Below, piece after piece: positions 9,458 to 18,758 of a stretch of 64,000 bases of DNA (positions are counted from its first letter, which is position 1; the number at the start of each line of letters is the position of its first letter). The translations under genes and the position numbers were made by a program. The notes beneath the pieces are model-generated. The model ran no database searches. It saw only the letters and a program-made list of their open reading frames with translations, and had not been told where the DNA came from. The DNA lies in the NCBI GenBank assembly GCA_963811165.1, contig CAWEQH010000010.1:224001-288000 (forward strand). Reading direction: 5' to 3'. This DNA comes from an uncultured Nitrospiraceae bacterium (GTDB lineage: Bacteria > Nitrospirota > Thermodesulfovibrionia > Thermodesulfovibrionales > UBA6898).

Positions 9458-11275
9458 CTATAATTGACTATAAATGACAGTTCTACTGACGCCATATTTT
9501 TTCATCAGGAACTCCTGAAATTCTGAGACGATCTTGAGCGACTCCTTTAATATGAGCAAATCGATATGCGAGAGTTCCTTAGCAGTTATCAAGTTGTTTG
9601 TCTGGGATTTATTCAGCACTGCCCGTGCGTGATGTCTCAGCCTTAAATCCTGCAGAAAGCCATACGACTCGATAAGATCGTGGCACAGTTCATTGCTGAT
9701 CGTCATATTGGCACTCAGCGCCTCCAACCTTTCCTTGGTGTTGGTTATCCCCCACACTCCACTGTCTATGGCGAGAACCCTCGCACCGTTTACAATGGGA
9801 TAAATAGCATAGGTCTTCAGGTCCACACCCTGATGCAGACCCAGGATTCCGAATATCCCAAGTGGCGGCCTGATTTCAATGGCATCCTCAGCCATCAGTT
9901 TTACCGCCTCGGCTTTTACTGCCGGTTTTATAGATTCCAGCAATTCATTGTATAAGGCTGTCTCTCCGTATACCGGTCTCATGTCCAGAAACAAAGAGAG
10001 GTATCGGAGATGATAAGGAATCGGGTCTGAAAACCACTGTGTGAAGTACTCTTTCCATACCGGTAGGGGCTGGTTCCACATGCTGTTGGATGCCATGTAG
10101 TTTCCACGGCACTTGGGGAGGCCGATTTCGGCCAGCGACTCATTGATAGTATTGGCCAGTGCAGCAGGATTATCTCCCAGGTAGATTAAGGCGTTGTCCT
10201 GATCAGTAGCGATGATCTCTTCCTTTCTGCCGGAACTGCCCATATGAACCCATAGGAACTGAGCAGGGGCATGTTCAGCGATAAGGATCTGAATGACCTT
10301 GCATACTACGGCATCATGAACTGAGCATAACACCCTGGTCAAGTCGAAGAAATTCGGACCGGTCATCGCAATCTTCGAGACCGATACCATGAGACCTTCG
10401 AAGACTGTTTTAAGCTCGTCGATGGAAGCCGCCTTGAGAACCTTTCTGAACAGTTTGACTATGGAAAAGGAGGGTTCGAGGTGGATCTGAATGTCCTTCC
10501 TGGTGATTATGCCAAAGACTTTATCATTCTTAGTGACAACGAGGTGGTCTATTCCGGCATCGATCATTTTTGTATACGCTTCGAATATCGTCGTCTGCAG
10601 ATTGATTGTCTTAACCGGAGATGACATGAACTCCGTAACCGGGTCTAATCTGTCGCCGCCGATTAAGACCTTCCTCAGGTCCTTATGGGTCAATATGCCG
10701 ATCGGTTTTATATTGGTGTCTACAACTACGATCGAACTTACCGAATTCTTATCCATCTCAGAAGCTGCGCCGGCTATCGTCAGTTCAGGGCCGCCAATAA
10801 CAGGCTTTTTGTATAGTATCTTCTCAACCTCAAGAACGAATGAGGCCTCCTCAAGAATCTTCTTGTCCGAAGCGATGGTCTTGAACGAGCGGAATCTTCT
10901 GTTGAGTAAAGTAGAGAAAAACGATGCGAATCTTTCATTTGAATCAAAGATCGTTTTGAATTGCGGATAAGCCACTGCATAGCAGACAGTATCCTCGATG
11001 GCCTTGACAGTCGAATTCAATAGATTGCCATAAAGTGATATAACGCCGAATATTTCACCTTTGGAAAGGTAATCAATGGCCGCCTCATCGTCAAAAAGGC
11101 CGATGAGTCCGGAGAATATCACATACACGTATTCCGAGGCCTGCCCCTTCTTATAGATTGTCTTTCCTTTTTCGAACAGATCGACTTCCAATCCGGATAC
11201 TATGATGTCCAGATCGTCTTCCGATAAAAAGGAAAAGGGGCGGATCTTCCGTATAAATTCCTTGGGCGGGATCAT
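9458..11275 (-). CDS. cNMP-binding + CBS pair + DUF294 (GlnD/GlnE-like nucleotidyltransferase) protein, paralog 1
   Basis: N-terminal cNMP domain (GEIFG), CBS pair (GILTHKDL, GIITRKDI), MGSSGRKEE..ATDQDNAL, C.GNYMASN. Confidence 0.92.
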   Translation of the reverse strand: MIPPKEFIRKIRPFSFLSEDDLDIIVSGLEVDLFEKGKTIYKKGQASEYVYVIFSGLIGLFDDEAAIDYLSKGEIFGVISLYGNLLNSTVKAIEDTVCYAVAYPQFKTIFDSNERFASFFSTLLNRRFRSFKTIASDKKILEEASFVLEVEKILYKKPVIGGPELTIAGAASEMDKNSVSSIVVVDTNIKPIGILTHKDLRKVLIGGDRLDPVTEFMSSPVKTINLQTTIFEAYTKMIDAGIDHLVVTKNDKVFGIITRKDIQIHLEPSFSIVKLFRKVLKAASIDELKTVFEGLMVSVSKIAMTGPNFFDLTRVLCSVHDAVVCKVIQILIAEHAPAQFLWVHMGSSGRKEEIIATDQDNALIYLGDNPAALANTINESLAEIGLPKCRGNYMASNSMWNQPLPVWKEYFTQWFSDPIPYHLRYLSLFLDMRPVYGETALYNELLESIKPAVKAEAVKLMAEDAIEIRPPLGIFGILGLHQGVDLKTYAIYPIVNGARVLAIDSGVWGITNTKERLEALSANMTISNELCHDLIESYGFLQDLRLRHHARAVLNKSQTNNLITAKELSHIDLLILKESLKIVSEFQEFLMKKYGVSRTVIYSQL

Positions 11276-11359
11276 TTATAAAAAGTATATCACACGTGCG
11301 GAATACAGGAAACGCAACATCGAGTCCTTTGACCTCGATGCCGCGGCCGAGAAGGGCGA

Positions 11360-11491
11360 AAGCTCGCCTATTCCAGGGCCCTTCAGGGTTTCGATGAACT
11401 CAGAGACCGGACGGCTGGAATGTCCGATGGTAAATAGTGAGGTCACGGGTTTATTCGCAGTTTGCGTAAGATGATGGTCTTCATTTTTCAT
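11360..11491 (-). pseudogene. Truncated remnant resembling the N-terminus of a DUF488 protein
   Basis: LFTIGHSSRPVSEFIETLK matches the DUF488 N-terminal motif, after which similarity is lost. Confidence 0.6.
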
Positions 11492-11601
11492 ATATTCTCA
11501 ATTAGCACGGAAGACGCCGGGCAGTCAACCCGCGTCGGGGGACGTCGGGGGACAAGTAAACGATATTGATAAGTTGGGGCCCGGCGTGATACATTTGAGT
11601 A

Positions 11602-11784
11602 ATGGGTAATAAAGAGTTATGGTTTTCCCTCTTTTTTTTCGGAGTACTTCTTTTTAACTGGCCTTTCCTCGAGATCTTCGACCTTTCCCTCCCGCAATAT
11701 CTGTTCATTGTCTGGGGGGCCTTTATCATCGTCGTCGGCACGGTCATAAAAAAGATGAATAAACAGGGCAGCGGGCGTGTTTAA
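11602..11784 (+). CDS. Small two-TM membrane protein coupled to the SLC5 sensor kinase
   Basis: LFFFGVLLFNWPFL...YLFIVWG; overlaps kinase start; extended -10 TGATACATT ends 6 nt upstream of ATG. Confidence 0.8.
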   Translation: MGNKELWFSLFFFGVLLFNWPFLEIFDLSLPQYLFIVWGAFIIVVGTVIKKMNKQGSGRV

Positions 11785-14700
11785 GGGCTGGCTCCTTTTC
11801 ATCTTTATTTTGGGCTATCTGAGCCTTCTTTTTCTGATCGCGTATTATGCCGACAGGAGAGAGAAGTCCGGCAGGAGCATAGTATCAAACCCCTACGTAT
11901 ATGCGTTATCGATGGCCGTATATTGCACTTCATGGACCTTTTACGGAAGCGTGGGCAAGGCCGCCACATCAGGTCTGTCTTTTCTTACTATTTATCTGGG
12001 ACCGACTCTCATGGCCTCTTTATGGCTGGTCGTCCTGAGAAAGATCATTATTATCGCAAAGGAAAACAGGATAACTACGATATCCGATTTCATCGGGTCC
12101 CGCTACGGCAATTCCATTTTTCTATCGGCCCTCGTCGCGATTGTTGCCCTGGTGGGAATCACCCCTTACCTCGGGCTTCAGATTAAGGCCATTATCAAGA
12201 CCTTCACCATACTGTCGGGAGAGACGAAAGGGAGTGCAGTGGCAGGATGGTTTATCACGCTCATCCTCGGAATATTTGCGATCATTTTCGGGGCGAGAAG
12301 ACTCGATTCCTCTGAGAGGCATGAAGGTCTTATCTTTGCCGTTGCCTTTGAATCCATCGTCAAGCTCCTTGCCTTCCTTCTCGTCGGGATCTTCGTTACC
12401 TACGGCATGTTCGACGGTTTTTCTGACATTTTCGCGAGGATAAAAGGCTCGCAATACCGCGAACTGCTTCATCTCGGCACTACCGTCAGTTACAAGGAGT
12501 GGGCCTCGCTTCTTTTTTTGTCGATGATGGCGATCATGTTCCTGCCGAGGCAGTTCCATGTTGCCGTGGTCGAAAACTCCGATGTGTCTCATGTATCGAA
12601 GGCGATGTGGCTGTTTCCTCTGTATCTCTTCCTTATTAATATTTTTGTGATCCCCGTTGCCTTCGGCGGCCTTCTTCTCGGCGGAAGCCAGACGAACGCG
12701 GACAATTTTGTGCTTTCTATTCCTCTCGGGCAGAATGCGTCCGTCCTTGCCCTGATTGTCTTTATAGGGGGTTTTTCTGCTGCAACGGGCATGGTGATTG
12801 TAGAGTCCCTGGCTTTGAGCACGATGGTGATGAACAATCTGGTGATGCCTGCAATTTACAGGTTCAACACGATGGAAGGGTTCCCGGCCATTATACTGAA
12901 CCTAAAGAGGGTTATAATCCTTGTGTGCGTTTTTTTAGGCTATTTTTTCGCGATTTCGATTGGTGAATTCGAAAGTCTTGTCGATATTGGCCTGAAGTCT
13001 TTCGAGGCCGTGACGATATTTGCGCCGGCGATGATCATCGGGCTTTTCTGGAAGAGAGGAAACAAGAACGGGGCCTCAGCCGGGATCATCGCTGGTTTCA
13101 CGATATGGTTTTATACCCTCTTGATGCCTGCGCTCTTAAAATCAGGCGTTATCACCGAAAAAGGCCTGTTCGGCTATTTGCTTCATTCCGAGATGCTTAA
13201 CCCCCATGCGCTTTTCGGGGTAAAAGGGTTCGATAAGTGGAGCAATTCGCTCTTCTGGGGCCTCTTTTTTAATCTGGCTTTTTACGTTGGGATTTCTATT
13301 TTTACGCGGCAGAATGAGGAGGAGCAGAAACAGTCTCTCCTGTTCGTTGAGTTCTATTCCCCGAAGATGCTGCCTTCAAAAGGCAACTATAGTATCCAGC
13401 AGATCACCGAGGTCCTGGGGCAGTATATGGGGAGAAGGGAATCGCTGGAAATCGTGGACCATTTTATTGTTCGCAACGGTATACGGAAGGAATCCATCTC
13501 CAGCGAGGAACTTATCAAGCTCAAAGATGAGGCTGAGAGAGTGTTGTCGGGGGCGCTCGGCTCTGCGATAGCGACGATTATCTTCGAGGATAAACTGACC
13601 CTGACGGAAAGTGAGAGGGGGGAGCTTTCGAGCTCGATAAAACAGATGACCGAGACGCTGAGATTGTCCCGGCAGGAACTCGCCGAGGCAAACAGGAACC
13701 TGGCTTACCTAAAGGAGTTCAGCGAAAATATTATCGAGAGCGCTCCCCTGGGGATCGTTACAATTGATTCGGCATTGATGGTGAAGTATTGGAACAAAGA
13801 AATCGGCAATATCACGAGGATAAAAAAGAGGGAAGCCTTCAACCGGCCGGTGACTGAACTTATGCCCTGGGTGCCGAAAAAGGCTTTTCTGCAAAACGAA
13901 CAGGGTGAATTGACCGTTCAAACGCCTTCTCTGCAGACTTTTAAGATAAACATCAGCCCTTTCAAGGACCCTTCGGGAGGGTTTGTGGTCATCCTTGAAG
14001 ACATTACGGAAAAAAAGAAGATGGAGGAACAGCTCCTTCAGTCGTCCAAACTTGCGAGTATCGGAAAGTTGACCGCCGGCATTTCACATGAAATCGGCAA
14101 TCCCCTTGCCTCGATATCTTCTCTCGTGCAGGAGATCAGGTCTTTAAAGATAGGTATTTTCAGCCACGACACGTACGAAGGAAACTGGGCGGCGACTGCA
14201 AACGACAGCAAAGCGGCAGAGGCGTCTGAGGACGGAATTTTTCTCGCGGAATCTCTCAAGACAATCAACAATCACATAGAGCGGATAGCCAAGATAGTCC
14301 GCAGCCTCGCCGATTTTGCCAGGACATCATCGAGGGAAAAGGTCAGATCGAACGTTTCAGAGATCCTGGACAGGACGATCAATCTGGTTAGATACGACAA
14401 GAGGTTTAAAAACATCCAGCTTGTTTCAAACATCGACGAGACTATCCCTATGCTGAGTATAAATCCCGATCGCGTGCAACAGGTGTTTCTGAACCTTATG
14501 CTCAATGCAATAGACGCGATGCCCGAGGAGGGGAAGCTCATCGTGTCGATGAAGCGCAAAGGAGACTCCGTCGAAATTGTCTTCAGCGATACCGGCGTCG
14601 GAATAGACGATGTGATCATCGACAGGATATTCGATCCCTTCTTTACTACAAAGCCGTTTGGTAAGGGCACCGGCCTCGGACTGAGCATATGCTATGGCAT

Positions 14701-14800
14701 AATCAGGGAGCATAACGGCACTATTTCAGTGACGAGCAAAAAGGGCAAGGGAACGACCTTTACGATCGATCTTCCTGTGGAGGAACAGGCTTCTTCCTGA
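11777..14800 (+). CDS. Na+/solute symporter (SLC5)-STAC-PAS histidine kinase (CrbS/CbrA-like)
   Basis: YALSMAVYCTSWTFYGSVG, LPRQFHV.VVEN, STAC-like AERVLSGALGSA, PAS, SHEIGNPL, NAIDA, FFTTK...GTGLGL. Confidence 0.93.
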   Translation: MFKGWLLFIFILGYLSLLFLIAYYADRREKSGRSIVSNPYVYALSMAVYCTSWTFYGSVGKAATSGLSFLTIYLGPTLMASLWLVVLRKIIIIAKENRITTISDFIGSRYGNSIFLSALVAIVALVGITPYLGLQIKAIIKTFTILSGETKGSAVAGWFITLILGIFAIIFGARRLDSSERHEGLIFAVAFESIVKLLAFLLVGIFVTYGMFDGFSDIFARIKGSQYRELLHLGTTVSYKEWASLLFLSMMAIMFLPRQFHVAVVENSDVSHVSKAMWLFPLYLFLINIFVIPVAFGGLLLGGSQTNADNFVLSIPLGQNASVLALIVFIGGFSAATGMVIVESLALSTMVMNNLVMPAIYRFNTMEGFPAIILNLKRVIILVCVFLGYFFAISIGEFESLVDIGLKSFEAVTIFAPAMIIGLFWKRGNKNGASAGIIAGFTIWFYTLLMPALLKSGVITEKGLFGYLLHSEMLNPHALFGVKGFDKWSNSLFWGLFFNLAFYVGISIFTRQNEEEQKQSLLFVEFYSPKMLPSKGNYSIQQITEVLGQYMGRRESLEIVDHFIVRNGIRKESISSEELIKLKDEAERVLSGALGSAIATIIFEDKLTLTESERGELSSSIKQMTETLRLSRQELAEANRNLAYLKEFSENIIESAPLGIVTIDSALMVKYWNKEIGNITRIKKREAFNRPVTELMPWVPKKAFLQNEQGELTVQTPSLQTFKINISPFKDPSGGFVVILEDITEKKKMEEQLLQSSKLASIGKLTAGISHEIGNPLASISSLVQEIRSLKIGIFSHDTYEGNWAATANDSKAAEASEDGIFLAESLKTINNHIERIAKIVRSLADFARTSSREKVRSNVSEILDRTINLVRYDKRFKNIQLVSNIDETIPMLSINPDRVQQVFLNLMLNAIDAMPEEGKLIVSMKRKGDSVEIVFSDTGVGIDDVIIDRIFDPFFTTKPFGKGTGLGLSICYGIIREHNGTISVTSKKGKGTTFTIDLPVEEQASS

Positions 14801-15066
14801 AAGTTTCTGCGGGAAATAGGCGCAAGGCGGCCCCTGCCTTTCCTAAACGTACAGTACGCGGTCGGCACTATTTCCCAACAGACGGACAATGCTTTATAAT
14901 ACCCGCACTCATGGGAAGCTTGACTTGCCTTCCGCTGGGTAGTGTGCTATCGCCTGGTGCGATAAGACAGGACATCTATTTTGGGATAGTACTGGTTTCA
15001 TTGCTGACTACGATACTTTCTCCGGTTATAATAAAAAACCTCAGATGGAAGTGAGAAGGGACAACG

Positions 15067-16413
15067 ATGGCTGAAAGATTATTGATAATCGAAGACGAAG
15101 AGACTTTGCGGGAGTCGCTGAAACGCGTCTTTCTTCGGGAGGGGTACGAATCGGATGTGACCGATAATGCCGAGACGGCGCTGAAGATGGTGGATGGCAG
15201 GATATACGACCTGATTATCAGCGATATCATCCTTCCCGGGATGAACGGCATCGAGCTCCTCAAAAAGTGCAGGGAGCAAAATCCGGAACAGATAGTGATT
15301 ATTATGACGGCGTATGCCTCACTTGAGACAGCGGTCGAGGCGTTACGGGCAGGCGCTTACGATTATATAGTCAAGCCGATTATCCACGAAGAGATCAAGA
15401 GGATAGTAAGAAACGCCCTCCGCGAGAGGTCCTTGCGTTCGGAGAACGCTATTTTGAAGAAACAGATAGAGGAGCGTTACGATTTTGAAAAAATTGTAGG
15501 GGAAAGCAGGGTGATCACCCACTTGATCGAAGAGGTAAAGAAGTATGCCGACGCAAGAAGCAATGTGCTTATACTAGGGGAGACCGGAACGGGAAAGGAA
15601 TTATTTGCAAGGGCCATACATTTCAACGGGTCCAGGAGAAATAATCCTTTTGTCCCTATCAATTGCAGCGCTATCCCTGAAAACCTGGTTGAATCTGAGC
15701 TCTTTGGCTATGTAAAGGGGGCCTTTACAGGTGCTGTCAGTTCAAAAAGGGGGCTCTTTGAAGAAGCGGATGGCGGTACCGTATTTCTCGATGAGATCGG
15801 GGACCTCGATCTTTCTCTTCAGGCGAAGCTCCTGAGAGTGATCGACGACCGTGAAATCAGACCTCTGGGCGGTGTGCAATCCAGAAAGGTTGATATAAGA
15901 TTCATCACCGCTACAAATAAGGACATCGCAAGGGTGGTCAGGGAGGGCACATTCAGGGAAGACCTTTTCTTTCGGATCAATGTCATGACGCTCACCTTGC
16001 CTCCCTTAAGGGAGAGAAAGGAGGACATAATAATCCTCGCGAGGCATTTCCTGAGCAGATATGCCGGTGATATAGGCAAGAACGTGAAGTTTATCGACGA
16101 TGCCACCTTCAAACTTCTTACAGGGTACTACTGGCCCGGGAATGTGAGGGAGTTGCAGAATATTATAGAGCGGGCCGTGCTTATTACGGACAGTAATACT
16201 ATCTTTCCCGAGCACCTGCCGGAGGGGATGAAGGGGGTCTCCACTTTTTCTTCTGAATCGATCGAAAAGGTACTTTCTATTGAGGATTACACCAAGGAAT
16301 TCATATTGAGGTACCAGCATAGCTATGGCGAACAAAAGCTTTCAAACTTGCTCGGAATTACGAGAAAGTCTTTGTGGGAGAAGAGAAAAAAATGGGGAAT
16401 TTCAAGAAGATAG
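15067..16413 (+). CDS. sigma54-dependent response regulator (NtrC/CbrB-like)
   Basis: REC domain (EDE, SDIILPG), [30 protein letters not shown]-terminal HTH. Confidence 0.95.
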   Translation: MAERLLIIEDEETLRESLKRVFLREGYESDVTDNAETALKMVDGRIYDLIISDIILPGMNGIELLKKCREQNPEQIVIIMTAYASLETAVEALRAGAYDYIVKPIIHEEIKRIVRNALRERSLRSENAILKKQIEERYDFEKIVGESRVITHLIEEVKKYADARSNVLILGETGTGKELFARAIHFNGSRRNNPFVPINCSAIPENLVESELFGYVKGAFTGAVSSKRGLFEEADGGTVFLDEIGDLDLSLQAKLLRVIDDREIRPLGGVQSRKVDIRFITATNKDIARVVREGTFREDLFFRINVMTLTLPPLRERKEDIIILARHFLSRYAGDIGKNVKFIDDATFKLLTGYYWPGNVRELQNIIERAVLITDSNTIFPEHLPEGMKGVSTFSSESIEKVLSIEDYTKEFILRYQHSYGEQKLSNLLGITRKSLWEKRKKWGISRR

Positions 16414-16418
16414 AGATA

Positions 16419-16466
16419 TGTTACTTTATTATACGTTTAAGAGGCTTGCTGTAACCTTTCGTGACA
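16419..16466. promoter_or_regulatory. Two candidate enhancer-binding-protein sites
   Basis: TGT-N11-ACG at 16419-16435 and TGT-N11-ACA at 16450-16466, ~190-230 bp upstream of the sigma54 site. Confidence 0.55.
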
Positions 16467-16650
16467 TGACAAAACACGTTGAACTTAAATGCTTTTTTAG
16501 TCTATAAATTGGCTGCGCTACATAAAGTAGCATAGCTTTCGTGGTCTAAATCCCAGACTTTACCCCACCTTGAGAAGATAACTTTGCTTGTCTTCTTTAA
16601 CCCTTCTGAAATAAAAAGAAATCTCACTTTTTATGTTTCCTCGTGACCTT

Positions 16651-16666
16651 AGGCACGTTGATTGCA
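16651..16666 (+). promoter_or_regulatory. sigma54 (-24/-12) promoter
   Basis: AGGCACGTTGATTGCA versus consensus TGGCAC-N5-TTGCW. Confidence 0.75.
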
Positions 16667-16679
16667 TTTTCCAGGTACG

Positions 16680-18581
16680 TTGATTACGGAAGATGTAATA
16701 AATTTCTTGAAGAATCTGCCGCCTTTTCAGTTTCTGGACGACGGCTCATTGCGCAACATCGCCGAAAACGTCTCGATGGAGTTTTACCCTAAGGGAACAA
16801 CTATTCTTCACCAGGACGGGCCCCCCAGTGAGTATCTCAGGATTATCAAAAAAGGGCGGGTCAAGGTCTTTATTAGGCCTGACAAAGACGAAGAGGTGCT
16901 TATCGATTACAGGGGTGAGGGAGATCCTTTCGGTCTGCTGTCCCTGATCGGAGGCGACAAATCGAGGGCCAATGTCTTTGCCGTCGAAGATACCGTCTGC
17001 TATCTGATCAGCAGGGACGTTATGCTGAAACTGGTTGATTCCCACGCCTTCTTTACGGAATTTTTTTTAAAGTCTTTCTTAAATAAGTTTATCGACAAGA
17101 CGTATGAGGAGATGCATAACAAGAGTCTCCTTTATGGGGGGGGCGACAAACCCCTCTTTACGACCCCCGTAGGAGAGGTCGCCACAAAGAAGGTCATGAC
17201 CGCACCCCAGGAAATCACTATTAGAGAGGGTGCCGAGATGATGTCTCATAACAAGAACAGTTCGCTTGTACTGGTCGATGCAGATGGGGTGCCGACCGGT
17301 ATCGTCACTGACAGAGACCTCAGAGACAAGGTGGTGTCCAAGGGCAGGTTGGTGACGGACACGATAAGCAGCATTATGAGCGTCTCTCTCATAAAAACGG
17401 AGGCGCGTGATTACTGCTTTGAGGCATTGCTTAAAATGATACGGTATAACATACACCATCTTCTTGTCGTCGACGAGGGGAGGCTCAAAGGGATCGTGAC
17501 GAACCATGACCTTATGATGCTTCAGGGGAATTCTCCGATCTCGCTTGCGCGGGAAATAGAGAGCCGGCAGACGATCGAAGACCTAATTGCGGCGGCCAAG
17601 AAGACGCATGAGATCGTGGGATTGCTTCTGAAAGAGGGGGCGAAGGCGAGCAACATCGCCCGTATCATTAGCGAAATCAACGACCGGCTTGTAAAAAAGA
17701 TAATTAAGAACGCGGAGAAGGAATTTGGCAAACCGCCATTGCCCTACTGCTGGATCGTCTTCGGGAGCGAGGGGAGGAAGGAGCAGACGTTTAGGACTGA
17801 CCAGGACAATGCGATCATTTACGCAGACCCCCTGACTGAGGGCGAAGAGGCCGAAGCCAGGACCTATTTCACTGTTTTTTCGGCCTTCGTCCGGGACAAT
17901 CTTTTGAAATGCGGTTTTCCCCGCTGCCGTGACAATTACATGGCGAGTAACCCCGAATGGTGCCAGCCGCTTAGGGTATGGAAGAGATATTTCTCCACGT
18001 GGGTGTATTCACCTACGCCCGAGACGGTCTTGAAGTCCCTCATATTTTTCGATTTCAGGCCGCTCTATGGTGACTTCAGCCTCGCCGAATCTCTTTGGGA
18101 CTCTCTCAGCTCTCTCCTGGAAGGACAGATGATATTTCTTGGATATATGGCCAACATGATCATAAAAAACACGCCGCCGGTGGGGTTCTTTAAGTCTTTT
18201 ATCGTTGAGAAAGGCGGGGATCATAAGGATGAGCTAAATCTGAAGGTCAAGGGCATAGCCCCTCTCGTAGATATGGCGAGACTTTTTAGTCTTGAAAAGG
18301 GTCTCACGGAGACGTCGACTCTCGAAAGACTGTCGGCGCTTAGGGAAAGGCATACGATCGTGAAGGAATTCGCCGACGAATTTGTGCATACTTTCGAGTT
18401 CATGATGCTCCTTAGGATACAGCACCAGTTTGCGCAGATCGAGTCCGGAAAGGAGCCGGACAATTTTATCAACCCTAACAGTCTGAGCAATCTCGAAAAG
18501 ACGATGATGAAGGAATCCTTTCACTTTATAACCAGACTGCAAGGCATCATCATTGAGCGGTATAAGCCGCTCATCTGGTGA
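16680..18581 (+). CDS. cNMP-binding + CBS pair + DUF294 nucleotidyltransferase-like protein, paralog 2 (start probably TTG 16680)
   Basis: PPFQFL, cNMP domain, CBS pair (GIVTDRDLR), FGSEGRKEQTFRTDQDNAI, NYMASNP, IFFDFR, LLRIQHQ. Confidence 0.93.
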   Translation: MITEDVINFLKNLPPFQFLDDGSLRNIAENVSMEFYPKGTTILHQDGPPSEYLRIIKKGRVKVFIRPDKDEEVLIDYRGEGDPFGLLSLIGGDKSRANVFAVEDTVCYLISRDVMLKLVDSHAFFTEFFLKSFLNKFIDKTYEEMHNKSLLYGGGDKPLFTTPVGEVATKKVMTAPQEITIREGAEMMSHNKNSSLVLVDADGVPTGIVTDRDLRDKVVSKGRLVTDTISSIMSVSLIKTEARDYCFEALLKMIRYNIHHLLVVDEGRLKGIVTNHDLMMLQGNSPISLAREIESRQTIEDLIAAAKKTHEIVGLLLKEGAKASNIARIISEINDRLVKKIIKNAEKEFGKPPLPYCWIVFGSEGRKEQTFRTDQDNAIIYADPLTEGEEAEARTYFTVFSAFVRDNLLKCGFPRCRDNYMASNPEWCQPLRVWKRYFSTWVYSPTPETVLKSLIFFDFRPLYGDFSLAESLWDSLSSLLEGQMIFLGYMANMIIKNTPPVGFFKSFIVEKGGDHKDELNLKVKGIAPLVDMARLFSLEKGLTETSTLERLSALRERHTIVKEFADEFVHTFEFMMLLRIQHQFAQIESGKEPDNFINPNSLSNLEKTMMKESFHFITRLQGIIIERYKPLIW

Positions 18582-18758
18582 GAAGACAGGAGATGAGTAC
18601 TCTGACGTTCGAAGGGATGCTAAGGAAAGGGGGATATGGTAAGATTGACTGAGAATTTGAAAGGAGGTGGTGATACGGGAAGGGTTCGGTATGAATATTT
18701 TAGAGTGCTTTGGGCAGAAGGATGAGGAATCACTATAACATTCTCTAAGGAGGATAAG

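Noticed and set aside
18593..18740. Short ORFs and a perfect AAGGAGGTG between the DUF294 gene and the MFS (possible leader peptide)
   Set aside because: SD-to-start spacing is poor, peptides are ~20 aa with no informative codons, and no attenuator hairpin is evident.
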